Assembly (NCBI GenBank): GCA_040954595.2 | Contig: CM082580.2 | Location: 13,380,242 to 13,444,241, forward strand | Length of the DNA: 64,000 nucleotides | Origin: Balanoglossus misakiensis | Taxonomy: Eukaryota > Animalia > Hemichordata | Direction of reading: 5' to 3' | In this document: positions 14,012 through 25,534 of the stretch, one piece after another | Numbering within the stretch: the first letter of the stretch is position 1 | Layout of the letters: every line of letters starts with the position of its first letter | The notes under the pieces: generated by a model | Database searches by the model: none | What the model was told of the DNA's origin: nothing | The model's input: the letters and a program-made list of their open reading frames with translations, nothing else | Program-made: the position numbers and the translations under genes

Positions 14012-14816
14012 TCATCTCTGGTGTTCAAGTACGTCCCTCAAAAGTTTTCTGATAAGGAGTTGCTTCATGCTCGTCTCCTGTAACGAACCTCGTTGGGCGT
14101 GGTCATGTGAACTGTGCCTGTTACATGACAAAAAAGGCAAACTGTAAATTATAACATTGACAACATCATAAAGTGATCAGTTTGAATTCAAGTGAAAGAA
14201 TGTCCGTGGATTGGATAATTTTGAGGAATTAACAAAATTATGCAAATGAATCGACATCCCAAAACTGCACGATTTAGTCACTCTATGTTTACTAAGTACG
14301 CGTACTGTAATATAGAACGTACATGTTACACGCGTATTGAGCGTTTTGTACGATAGCGTTAGAGTTATGGCAGTAAGTGTCTCATAACTTACCTAAGGTT
14401 GTTCACAAGTCTTTTGCCGATTATGCCTATTCCCCCTCCCGTGCATTCCGGCCTTTGTCTTGACTGCCCCCACGACCCGCTATAAAAATTACATTGAAAA
14501 ATTTTTAGCTAACAAAAAAAACCACTTAGCTGAAAGGGTTGTAATCTTAATTAGGCAAAAAAGCAAGCATGGAAAACATCTGAAAAGTTGTTCTGCACGA
14601 GCATTCTTGTGTTAAATTTGATGAAGTTTGTTTGACAACGAAAATTAGGGCATCGGACACAGACTGTCTTTATCAATCGTGACTTGAATATTGGACTTAC
14701 CATGGTCTTGACCTGGTGTGCGATTTTGTTCTCTGCGATGAAATGTACTGTACTGCTACAACCAAAACCAACACCATGACAACATGATGTCTTCTACACA
14801 GATTCATTCTCTCCAT
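14012..14816 (-). CDS. Putative neuropeptide precursor (102 aa), 3 coding exons: 14816-14701, 14479-14393, 14117-14012
   Basis: Spliced translation MERMNLCRRHHVVMVLVLVVAVQYISS-QRTKSHTRSRPCGSWGQSRQRPECTGGGIGII-GKR-LVNNLRHSSHDHAQRGSLQETSMKQLLIRKLLRDVLEHQR*. It has a signal-peptide-like segment, two Cys and a GKR amidation/cleavage site. Both donors are GTAAGT, both acceptors are pyrimidine-rich (tttttatag, ttttttgtcatgtaacag), and both introns are phase 2 and frame-consistent. Confidence 0.72.
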
Positions 14817-15031
14817 CAGCTCTACCTGTTGGCATGACGACAAGAAGCGAACAATGAACGATACGCGGTCCCCGTCAAGGAACTTTTCTGTTCGTCTTAT
14901 GCACGAGGGACTTTTGATCAACAACGCTGGCTGCGGAGGGCCTTATGACGAAATGACTATTGAATACTGCTTTGCTTTGCCGCTCATTTGAATTAATCTC
15001 CACCTGTCACCTAGGTATGAATATTCATATA

Positions 15032-15210
15032 CAGTCAAACCTGTGTTAGTGACCACCTCTATATAGTGACCACCTCTATATAGTGACCACTTAGTTACAG
15101 TCCCTGTGCAATTTACACGTGTATAAATTAACCTGTCTATAAAGACCACCTGTCTATAAAGGCCAGTTTGGTAAAGTCCCTTGACTGGCCACTATAGACA
15201 GGTTTGACTG
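15032..15210. mobile_element. Non-autonomous Tc1/mariner(pogo)-type MITE
   Basis: Terminal inverted repeats CAGTCAAACCTGT...ACAGGTTTGACTG flanked by TA on both sides, with internal tandem AGTGACCACCTCTATAT units. Confidence 0.8.
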
Positions 15211-17022
15211 TATGCAAATAAGAAGACCCCACTTCGAAGGCTCGTGCAGACTGCAACGTATAGCCACCGTTTCTTTAAAAATATGACCATGTCTGTGTAG
15301 TTTTGTATAAATTAATTAGTTAATTAATTGATAGATAGATCCTATCTTCTGAAATGCCAAACGGCATGATACCTGTATCGTTCCGTGTCATGAGATGATT
15401 GCTCCCCTGTTGATAATTTGCACCACAGTTGGACATAAATTTGCAACCGTCATGTAAATAGCGCTCGACAACAAGTTATTGCCTTTTAATTGGAAATGCC
15501 ATTAACATAATTAAATTAATAGTTGTCGCCTTCGCTTTGTGGCCAATGCCATTAATGATTTTTGACCTGCCCGAAGTAAATGTCACAGGTTTCTTCGAGG
15601 AATTGCAATTCGTGATACTTCAGTTAAAGCTAACGCTGCCGGAAAAAAGTAACTATACACGTATCCGAACATACATACAGTGGATGTGGAACGAAAGTCA
15701 ATATCGTTCTCTCTTTGCAAACAGGGAGATGGAAGCTCATTTGAGAGAGCATACTACACTAATTGGCGCGGTATCTTTTTCGTCTTAAGCAAACACAGTC
15801 ATCAATTTCTCACGCTCCGGGGTTCTCTTGCAATCAATAACTCCACGTGATAAAACATTCAGTGAAGGTCTGTAATCTACTGAAACCAAAACGTCGTAAA
15901 GCGGTCTGATACGCCAGAAATATACAATATTTCAACAGTTTTGAAATGACGTTAAATGTTTTGCTCCCTGTAGGGCAAGGGCAAAAGTCAACGGGAATAC
16001 CTGTTGATAAAATTTCACGTCTCATCCACCATCTCACGCGTACTTTCCCTTGCCATAAACGCATATACAGACATAATTGTCAAAAGCAAGATTTGAAGAA
16101 AAAAGTTGACCAATTTTGCTAACGATTGATAAACGCCTGGCGAGTATAATTGGTTGACATTCATTAAAATCTCAGGGAAAAAAAACGGCGCATAAAAAGA
16201 GAATTAAAAAATTGTCACGGCGATCACCACCCACACATATCACTCACTGGTAAAAGTTAGACGTTTGGTTAGAAACGGCTTGGATGGGAATAAGAGGACT
16301 CGAGTCTGAGAGACGCCAACTTTCTTCGGATGTGATTTTGAAAGCTTTCGGATTGCATAATAATTGCATGTAACTGTAAGAGCTATAAAGCTTTATTGCA
16401 ACGTAACACGGCATCATCTGGGAACATGCAGTAAACTCGTTCTATCTGTTAACTCTTTCATTTCGTTTCAAAAGTGATTCAAGTCTAGGTTAACGCCTAC
16501 TGTTTACTTTGCATTTTCTCTCATAAAATCAAACCGCACACTGGAATTAATTGAAGTTGACATAGTCTGGGTGTTATGTGTTCATTGTTTATCGCTCTCA
16601 AAGTGACTCGACGGCGAAAATAGTCATCATATTATATTCCATTGTCAAATATTCATTCAGTGGTTAAATTCACATAAAAATGAAGACATTTTATGAGTGT
16701 TTCGGAAAAAGGGCTGAGGTGGATATCAGAGGTGGAAATTGAAACTGCACACATTGTTGCCAGGTTACAGACAACCGGTCTCAACACAGGCGGCTATTCG
16801 ATCTATTAACTGACTGTTTTACAACTTCAGAAATGAGATTTTATGAAGGTATCTTTTCCTGTAATATACAAGGCGTAGGATATGGGAAAATCTACTTTGA
16901 AGTATTCTATGGTTTAGAAAAATATAGAGGTTGCGTTGAGAAGCTAGTTCTGTCTGTTTCAACGTAGTGAGATGATTGGAATGAGACACTTTGCTGATGT
17001 ACATCGTACTTTGAAAACTTAC

Positions 17023-17114
17023 CACAAGATATACACTGTTATAGTCCCAACCGGTCGATAATGAAACGAGTGTTACACGCGATTGGTAAATATTGTTTGA
17101 TTCATATGCTTATA
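17023..17114 (-). promoter_or_regulatory. Possible TATA promoter and non-coding first exon of the neuropeptide gene
   Basis: TATAAG on the - strand at 17109-17114, a GTAAGT donor starting at 17022, and an acceptor (caacag) at 14826-14827 just upstream of the precursor ATG. Confidence 0.3.
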
Positions 17115-20100
17115 AGGTCGGTTTCTGTGATGAGCAAATGTGGCGTGATACACGATAAACAAAATAATTCAATTGTTGAACATCAATGCTTGCTGTCCTG
17201 AAAAATGCTCAAATCTCGACAGGGGCGAAAGGTGTCATGTTTTAAATGAACAACATGATAACAATTTTGATCTCTGAACTGGGCTTGCCCAGATCACGTG
17301 TGACCCTTGAGTTTACAGTAAACGATTGCTATTCGCCTAACAAGTGTTATTCCAGTGAATGCGAAGAACCATCTCCGTCGACATAAAATGGCGCTGAGGG
17401 TCTATCATGTTTTACTAGATTTTTGTTATGATATCTAATTACGCCACTCTATGGCCTAATAATCAAAAACAATGAAATCATTGAATTCGATCCCCACACC
17501 ATCATATGTGCACTTGTATTCCGAAATACTAAATGTACGTTAGATTTCATGAAGTCACTCATATCGTTGATTCAAATCACCAGCAATGGGAAGCGGTGTT
17601 GTAAACACTCAAGAATCCACTGATAAAGGTATTGTCTGTGTGTTTATACTTGCCCGTGCGAGTAGAACAAGGTACCTCGTGTTACCTGTCAAATATACAC
17701 GTCGACACAATGGAAAATTCCAAATCGCAAGAGATCCTTCTAAACACTGTGGTATGAGTCCTACTTTTTGTGACAGCAGTGTCAATCCCTGGCCTTATCG
17801 GAATCGCTCTCTGCAAACGTGGGTGTGTCATCATTATTGTCCACAGTCAACTTGCTCCATCTGATATCCAACAGTTTGCAGTATAAAGTATTTCTGAATC
17901 GCTCCGTATTTCGGTTTTCTGCTCTACCGAACTTCAGAGAACGTCATGGGACGGCATAAATGAAAATGAATGCACTTCAAAGACTATAAGAGGTGAATTC
18001 CCTCCCTCCTGCGTTGATGTAACACTACAGCCAAAAAAATGCCTTTGAAAGAGATCATGTCCAGCAGGTGTTGCCACAATTTACAGTCACTAAAACACTT
18101 ATCACCATGATCTTACATTTTCTGGTGAAAAGCAGTTTCTCTCCAAGAGAAGACATCAATTTCTTAGAAAATATGAACGTAACATTCGATGGTATAATCA
18201 ACGTCTTCGTCGGAAATTTGTGGGGGGGGGGGGTAGGGGAGTGGGCGTCGAACGAAAACGCCATGCCCGTTTCAGCTTAAAGGCGTCTCGAAGGCCCTAG
18301 GTTGTACACGTTTACCATGGGAAGCTTTAATTGATAATCTTTTAGTCAGCCGAACAATTGAGATATGCTTTGGGCCAATTGCATGATCAAATCGCATATG
18401 AAGTCTCTGCGCATGCAGAATTGCACTAACTGTCATTTGAGACGAAAACGGATGCAGGTATAAAATGACGATGAGTATCATGACAGACAACCAGCGAAGT
18501 ATAAGAAAATTTTGCAGATGAAAAATAATCTGATCAGAAATTGCAACTTTCGTACAAGAATTAGAATCATGCCGTAAAAATCTTACCTGACATAAGGTGG
18601 GAAGCCAAATGATTATGAAAGACAAATCTCGCGAAATCAGCCTCACTGAATAGGAAAAACGTTTCTCGTAAGCAGTGGCCGCATATAACAATTACCGAAG
18701 ATACGTCGAGATTGAAAAGCATACGAGTGGTCAGGTCTACATCGATGGAATCAAAGAGTGTGAGATATTATTCCGATTTTGTGCGTTATATATCTCGAGT
18801 ATTTTTTTTCATTTAACCACCTGTACAGAGGTTGACAGATGCAAACATGTTTTTTTCTATTCTTGGCTTATTTGCTTGACAAACACTTTTCAAATATGGT
18901 TTGGGAACTCGTCTATTGTTCTGATCCTCGCCATTTTCCACGTGATCTGAATCTGACCTTTGCGCTGGGTCCACGTGAATGGTTGCGAAACCAGGACAGA
19001 TGGATAGTTAGAATGTGCAGGACGGTTTAAACACCAGAATTTCACACTCAGGCAATCCAACGATTTTTTTCTCTCTCTCTCTCTGGGGAATTGTTAGCAG
19101 AGTGCATTTCTGAAAGTATTGTGTAACAGTAGAACAGTAGAAGCTTTAATTTGGAGACAAAAGTCACATGACCGAACCACGCGCGATCAGGTTACACGAC
19201 ATATAGTAAATTTGGCTTGAATTTTGTGCGGATTGGGCTATAACAAGCAAAATTTGGCTTGGCTCAATATCTTGTATATAATAGTTCCATCGAAGCAACA
19301 TGTGGCGTTTGATTCAATCCAATGACAAAGTTTATGGATTCAATCAATCAATCAATCAGTCAATCAGTCAGTCAATCAATCAATTTCTCCTTCCCCATCT
19401 GTCTGTGTTCATGAACGCATCATGAATAGTAGAAGTTAGATTGCTTTGCATTGAAGTTGTGTGTCGTCAATGAAGACCATATACGCATTTCATTTTTTGT
19501 AATCTAATTATCGCAACGAATCACATACGATACAATGCTGTACTGAGTCTCTGCTTTTAACGCGTGGTTCTCCTTATATCATGAGACAATGTACGTATAC
19601 ACTCGAGGAAAGACGCTCGGGTGATGTATCGACACAATCCACGTGAGTTAATCACCAACAACAGCACCTTTTCTGAACGCGAATCCAAGCTCGTTGGTTC
19701 CTGTCGGTGTTAGCGGATTAATTAGATATTCTCATATTGGCTTTCATTTGGCTTTCTTTCTGCTTCTATACATTTACTACAGAGTTAAACATTGTCAGAC
19801 ACGCAAATGTACATATCGACAGAAAAATGTTATATGAACGGGTCGAGTAAACACTCACAAACTCTGTTTTCACCCGATAGAGTGAAGAATTCAGCTGTTT
19901 CAACTATTGATTAAAGTAGCTTTTATGACTATTTTTAGTGGGGGGGGGGGGGGTTAGTGTCAACGCCTCCGAGAATCGAACGGTCGCAGCGATTGGTTGA
20001 CGTAGAAATCGCAGTAAACGTCTGACGCTCGCTCTCTGCCAATTGCATATGAAATAGTTATCTCAATATCCCAGGCAGTGATTTATAGAAAAACCAATGC

Positions 20101-21399
20101 GGGGATCTACGAAAATGCTCACCGAATAAAAATAGAAATAAAACTCACTGACATTTCGCCAGAAAATCTCGTGATCGAGACAAAGAATCATGCACCTCAA
20201 AACTGCAGAGTCGGGTCTGTCGTCAAAGACAGATGAACACTACTTGAAGTACTGACGAGGCCAGGTCGACGAAGTACTAAAGAATACAACCAACACGGAA
20301 GTTCTGACTTCATCGAATTGATTTTCCTGCCTTTGTAATCCGATGATCACCTAGGTTGACTTGCTTGCCTCAGCTCCTAGTTCAATTTCAAAGATATTGC
20401 CCTCTGTCTAACGAAAAAGGTCCCTCGAAAAAAGTTTTGTGCAAATAGCAGCACGGTTCCTCCACATGTCGCAAGACAGACAACCCACGAGATACGATTC
20501 TAAATCTTACTGTAGCGGACAAATGTGTTGATTCTGGCTGCAGAGATATGGGAGTTGGAAGTCAACATACAACGCGTGGCTGGAAAGTTGCAACTGAAAA
20601 CTGTACAAACAACACAACGGTCGATTTGTGTACGACGACACTATAAGTCGATTTCTGACTAAAACCCGAAAGACATTTGGTAGTGTCACCAACTTGAATA
20701 CTCTGTACAGATTGAACAACTTTACCAGCCTTGAAAAATTGTTTGATTATGAAATTGAATCTCACACACACACTTTCGCTTTACGGAGATCACTTTCACC
20801 GCGACTTCAAATACGAGAAGAGCCTTGACATTTTCAAAACCAGAAGATTTGCATGTGCTTACCGAGAAGAGTGCGCCTGTTCACTGTCCACAGTCCGTCC
20901 GTCCGAAATTGCGCCTAAAATCACCCGCAGTTACAGGTTGACTAAGAGTCTCTACAAAGTGCTACGTCAAAATGGCCCGGTAGTGCGTGTGTCACTTGTG
21001 TGGTTTTTATGACGTTCCCCAAGGTGACGCCTTTGAATGTCAAAATTTGCACACAATTTTTATGTTAAAATTTACTCCTGCGACCGTGGGCGTTTGATTC
21101 GACGGTAATTATATCTTCAAGTTTTCATTTCCTCGCAGTGTTAACGCTAATCATCGGCTCTAATACGCCGAGTCCCAGCGTGTGACTTGATTGACGCCTC
21201 GCATTGTGGAATCAACACTGATAATAAAATCGGGTCAAATTAATTATTCGTCGTCACACAATAGATCACGAGTTCAGAGATGTCGATAATGTCGTCCCTG
21301 GATCTCTGATCTCCCCTTCACATAGTGTATTTGTTTGGGTTGATTTTGTCATTATCATTTTGTCTTTTTTGTCACTTTGTGTCATTGTCGTTTCATTGC

Positions 21400-21444
21400 T
21401 GTTGTTGTTGTTGTTGTTGTTGTGTTATTATTGTTGTTGTTGTT
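21400..21444. repeat. (TTG)n microsatellite
   Basis: Imperfect TGT/TTG trinucleotide run; it produces the spurious poly-Cys/Val ORF 21325..21708. Confidence 0.85.
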
Positions 21445-22924
21445 CAGCTTACGTATTGGCATACACCAGAGGACAACTTGATTATTAGGAGAGTCATAGA
21501 AGTCATTCAAACTTCTGCCAAAAACTTGAAGCAGATTTATTTAACATTCAGTGATTCTATGACTCAATCTCAACCGGACGCGGAGGACAAGACAAATATT
21601 ATACAGACATCAGGTTTTATATCAACGCGATCGAATTTCTTTAATCGAAATATAAATAGACTGACTGGAGTGTTTGTTTTCGATAAACTCTACGAAGAAC
21701 AAGATTAAAAGGTAAACTGTTTGCAGAAGAGAAAGAGAAAGATGGTTGACTAAATCTCTAGGATTCCAGTGTGTAATTAGGCAGAAAATGGGAATATTCT
21801 CTTAACTATCCGTGGACGGGATGAGATATTAAAATTATTCCGGATTTCCCTTCTGTAAGGGACCTGGCAACGGAATGTAATCTTGACGTCAAGAAACTGA
21901 AATTTCAACAAACTGTTTCTCCTAAATATGTTATGTACCTTCACGTGTTTGCCAACCTTTGAGTGACGTCATAAATATTCAAATTCGTTAATTCCCATCG
22001 GCTTTCAAGGGTTGTTCTGTTGGCGCAAGTACTTTACGCGGGAGATGGGTGGATTCTGTCTGCTCTAACTTCTTAAATGGCGTCATGACAACGTCACCAT
22101 GGTAACGGGAATTTCGCAACTTCCGCGTGTGGAAATGCCACAGACGTACCTCATCGCATTTTTTTCGTTCTTGTCATGGTTGATCGAGAGAAAAGTTGTC
22201 GATCGAAAATTCATAAAAAATGGAGTTGTCTCTATTCCTATTACATGTATTTAGTAATTCATGACGTCAGATTTTTGTGTTATATCATTGACACTCACAT
22301 GTTGATAGTATTCACGTGCACATTCATACAACTGCGAAGTTTCGTTGTTGTGAAGTTAGTGTTACATTCGGACCAGTGTGACGTTGTTTTGCCAATACAC
22401 TCACGAGGGAGGGAGGTCAGCACTTCACCTTTCTCGGATTCAGCACTGACATACGTCAAGACCACGCGGTTGGCCCATCTAAAAAGGAGTTCGATAACCG
22501 CCTTCGTCCCGTGAGACATAGCGGTACAGTTCGTCTTGTCCAGACAACAGCGCAGATCAAGTGATTCGGAAACTAAGTATGACGCACAGTCATTATTGAT
22601 TAATTCGGGGAAAAACCACCAAGCTCGCCTAGGAACTCGAACACTAACACATCCATTTTGAGTTACGAAGAACTCTTTAGCGTCATTGTAGATATAAGAA
22701 TATGGAATAATCTAATTTTCGCAAATATATTGACGTTCTCTCACAAAGTAGTTTCCATTTAGTCACACTGTGAAATAAACATAAGCGATTCTTCGAAAAC
22801 CAGTGTGTGCAACAAGTCAATTTCTCTGCCTCAGATACAAATGAAAAACAGGCAGTCCCAGTGACATTGTTGTATGGTGAATTAGACATATAAAAGAAAT
22901 TACACAAAGCCGTTTTTCCTTTTT

Positions 22925-22988
22925 GCTAGCAGTTGGTAGAGCATCTGAACTGAATTCAGAAGACGTGGGTTCAAGTCCCACATAGACC
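22925..22988 (+). mobile_element. tRNA-derived SINE head or tRNA pseudogene fragment
   Basis: Box A-like TAGCAGTTGGTAGAGC, a TCTGAA...TTCAGA anticodon-like stem and box B/T-arm GTGGGTTCAAGTCCCAC. There is no good acceptor stem. Confidence 0.6.
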
Positions 22989-25534
22989 ACCCTTTCCTAG
23001 TAAAACTTCTGGTGCCTGCCTGCCTGCCTGTTAGTCTATCTGTCTGTCTTTCTGTGACAGCATGCCCTCGAAATGGGAGTTCTAAATTATCTTCCATTCT
23101 GTAGAGTGCTTGACGAACCTCAACAAAAAGAGATCTTATTGCAAGGCAGCAATCATCAGGCCCACACCGACGACGGTGATCAAAAATTAAACTCGTGAAA
23201 GAATGTCAAGGAAAGCCTGCCAGCAATCTTCTACATTAGCATTAAAATGCGATTTCTACTTTCATTTCCCTGATGGACGTGATATTTACAAATGATACTG
23301 TGATATTATGAAGAAAATTACTGCTTCGCTATGCCTGCGCCATATCCTTTGTCTAAAAAGACCGCTATTCATATCCCAGGGGGCGTTATATTTTAAAATT
23401 CCCATTGTGAATACAAACACTATCTGGACTTCCATTAAGAAAATTCTCGAGAATCAACAACACCCACCATGTGATAAAGGTTAAGCATTTTTATAAAACT
23501 AAATTTGACGTGTTGAACCTCGACTGTTCCTGTTATTGATGTCCATATAAACCCAACATGCCTATTCTCATGATCACAATTACATTATCAGTGTTATTCA
23601 CAGGGCTCTGTCTAACAGCACTGTATTTCTTCCTATGAATCGCTGAAGTGATCACAGTTTAGGAACGCGGGTGTCGTTATTTTGGCCCGAACTTCCTTGA
23701 CGTAAAGAGACGCTAACAATGATTTAAAAGATTACAAGAACGGGAAAAGACATTATCTCCTGACTGATGTATCAAACGAAACGACTTTCTGAAAGAAAAC
23801 AAAAACCAAATTCACGGGTTATGAAGGTACACCCAACTAAATAATTCACAGACTTTCGGGCGAAATAAAAAGAAACGGTTATTTAAACGCCTTGAAGGGT
23901 TGAAACCAATTTTGCAATTGTATTCATTACATTATCTCCAGACAGTAGTTTTAACACACGTTTTCTCATAGCATAAACAGTAGAACAAGAAGATGCTTTC
24001 TGTATAGTGAGCATGTCGCGTCGGGAATTTGTTGGCATTTCTGGTTAGGGGACAGACTGATGAACGGCAATGGCGATTAATTTTGGCATGTGATAGATAT
24101 ATCTGAGCTGTCACGCTATTTAAATCATACCACGCGCGCTTGATGAATCCGAGCATCTGAAAATGCACTTCACCAATTTGATTAAGACGTCCACTGAATA
24201 ATTTGAGCTCAACGAAATACTGCAATCTCATGCGATAGTCTGAGAGGGCGATGTTGGGTGAACTCGTGACATGGTGTGTGGCTAGAAAATTTCAACATTT
24301 TCCCCGAGAAATTCTACGCTACGGGAGTATACCTATATATTGTCGTGTGGAGGCGCTCTGCACTGCTAGGGTCAGAGTTCGCCCTCACACGTCGGAAATT
24401 TTGAGCCTGCACACTTCCAATAATAATGGCCATGCACCAATTTGAAAAATCAGGCCTTAACATTTGCCCACATCATCATACTGCACACAATTGTACGTTT
24501 GAGCAATTGAATTTTTATTGGCATTTTGCATGCTCCCTATTGTCGCCAGCATGACACACCAATATCGCTGTTATGAGACTTCATTTAAATTAATTTACCA
24601 GTTATTTTGTATCACCAGACACTTTTCATGTTTCATCTTCTGCCACAGTCGTACCTAAAGCAGTGTCACACCAAGTAGTTGGTTGTTTTTAACGCTTTTA
24701 ACAGGATCAATAAAACTTCAAAGTTTGTAGAGTACGGTAACTCATTTCTTAGCATCCGTTCTCTCAAGGCCTCACAGATTCCAAAGTTGAGCACAGCCTT
24801 CGACTTCAACGACTTTTCGTATATCAGCACCAAAACCACCACAAATATTTTAATAAACAGTAGTATGCATGAATGGAAGCTGAGTGGGACTTACATAAGC
24901 ATGTTTTTTCTCTCTTTCTAAGGGGTTTTTAGGGTAATTTGTGTCAAGCAGATCCGCCACAAGCTTTTGATTTAAAATGGAAGAATTAAAAAGAGGAAAC
25001 ACTCCGATCACTGGCTGGGGTTTCCAATTCACCAGTGTCTATAAAATCTTCGGCTATTTGATTATGCCAGACACGCACAGCGTCAAGCTACATTCCATTG
25101 ATGTTGCAAATAACCTTAAGGATTCGCTTTTCAAGCTTTGATGAATCACACGCACAACAGAATTGTTTCTTCATGAGTTGTTTCTTCTTGGCATCAATGA
25201 ACTAAAAAAATCAACTTGAATTTTAACAGCATCAGGATTTTTTTAATGTACCCTGTGACCTGTCAAGTGGGCAACATCAATGGAAGTAGCTTTGTAGCAG
25301 GAAGCTTCGGACACTAAGCAAGCAAAACATGCAGGTATGGTTATCCTTGTAAAAAGCCCCACGAAATACAGGCCAATCTGGCTGGACCACAGACAGATTG
25401 TTTTTTTATACTTGTTATTATACTAACACCTTTTTTATCTATTTATGTTACTACCACTGTAAAGATCTATATAGTAAATGATGCATGCAGTAAAGCTTTG
25501 TGTATATGTGTGTGTTGAAATCTGTTAGTCCCAC

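Noticed and set aside
17710-17886. Hydrophobic plus-strand frame MENSKSQEILLNTVV*VLLFVTAVSIPGLIGIAL with an in-frame TGA (selenocysteine?)
   Set aside because: No SECIS identified, no homology recognised, and the frame is short.
22925-22988. Functional tRNA gene
   Set aside because: The acceptor stem and D-arm are incomplete and the anticodon loop is non-canonical, so it is treated as a SINE or pseudogene fragment.
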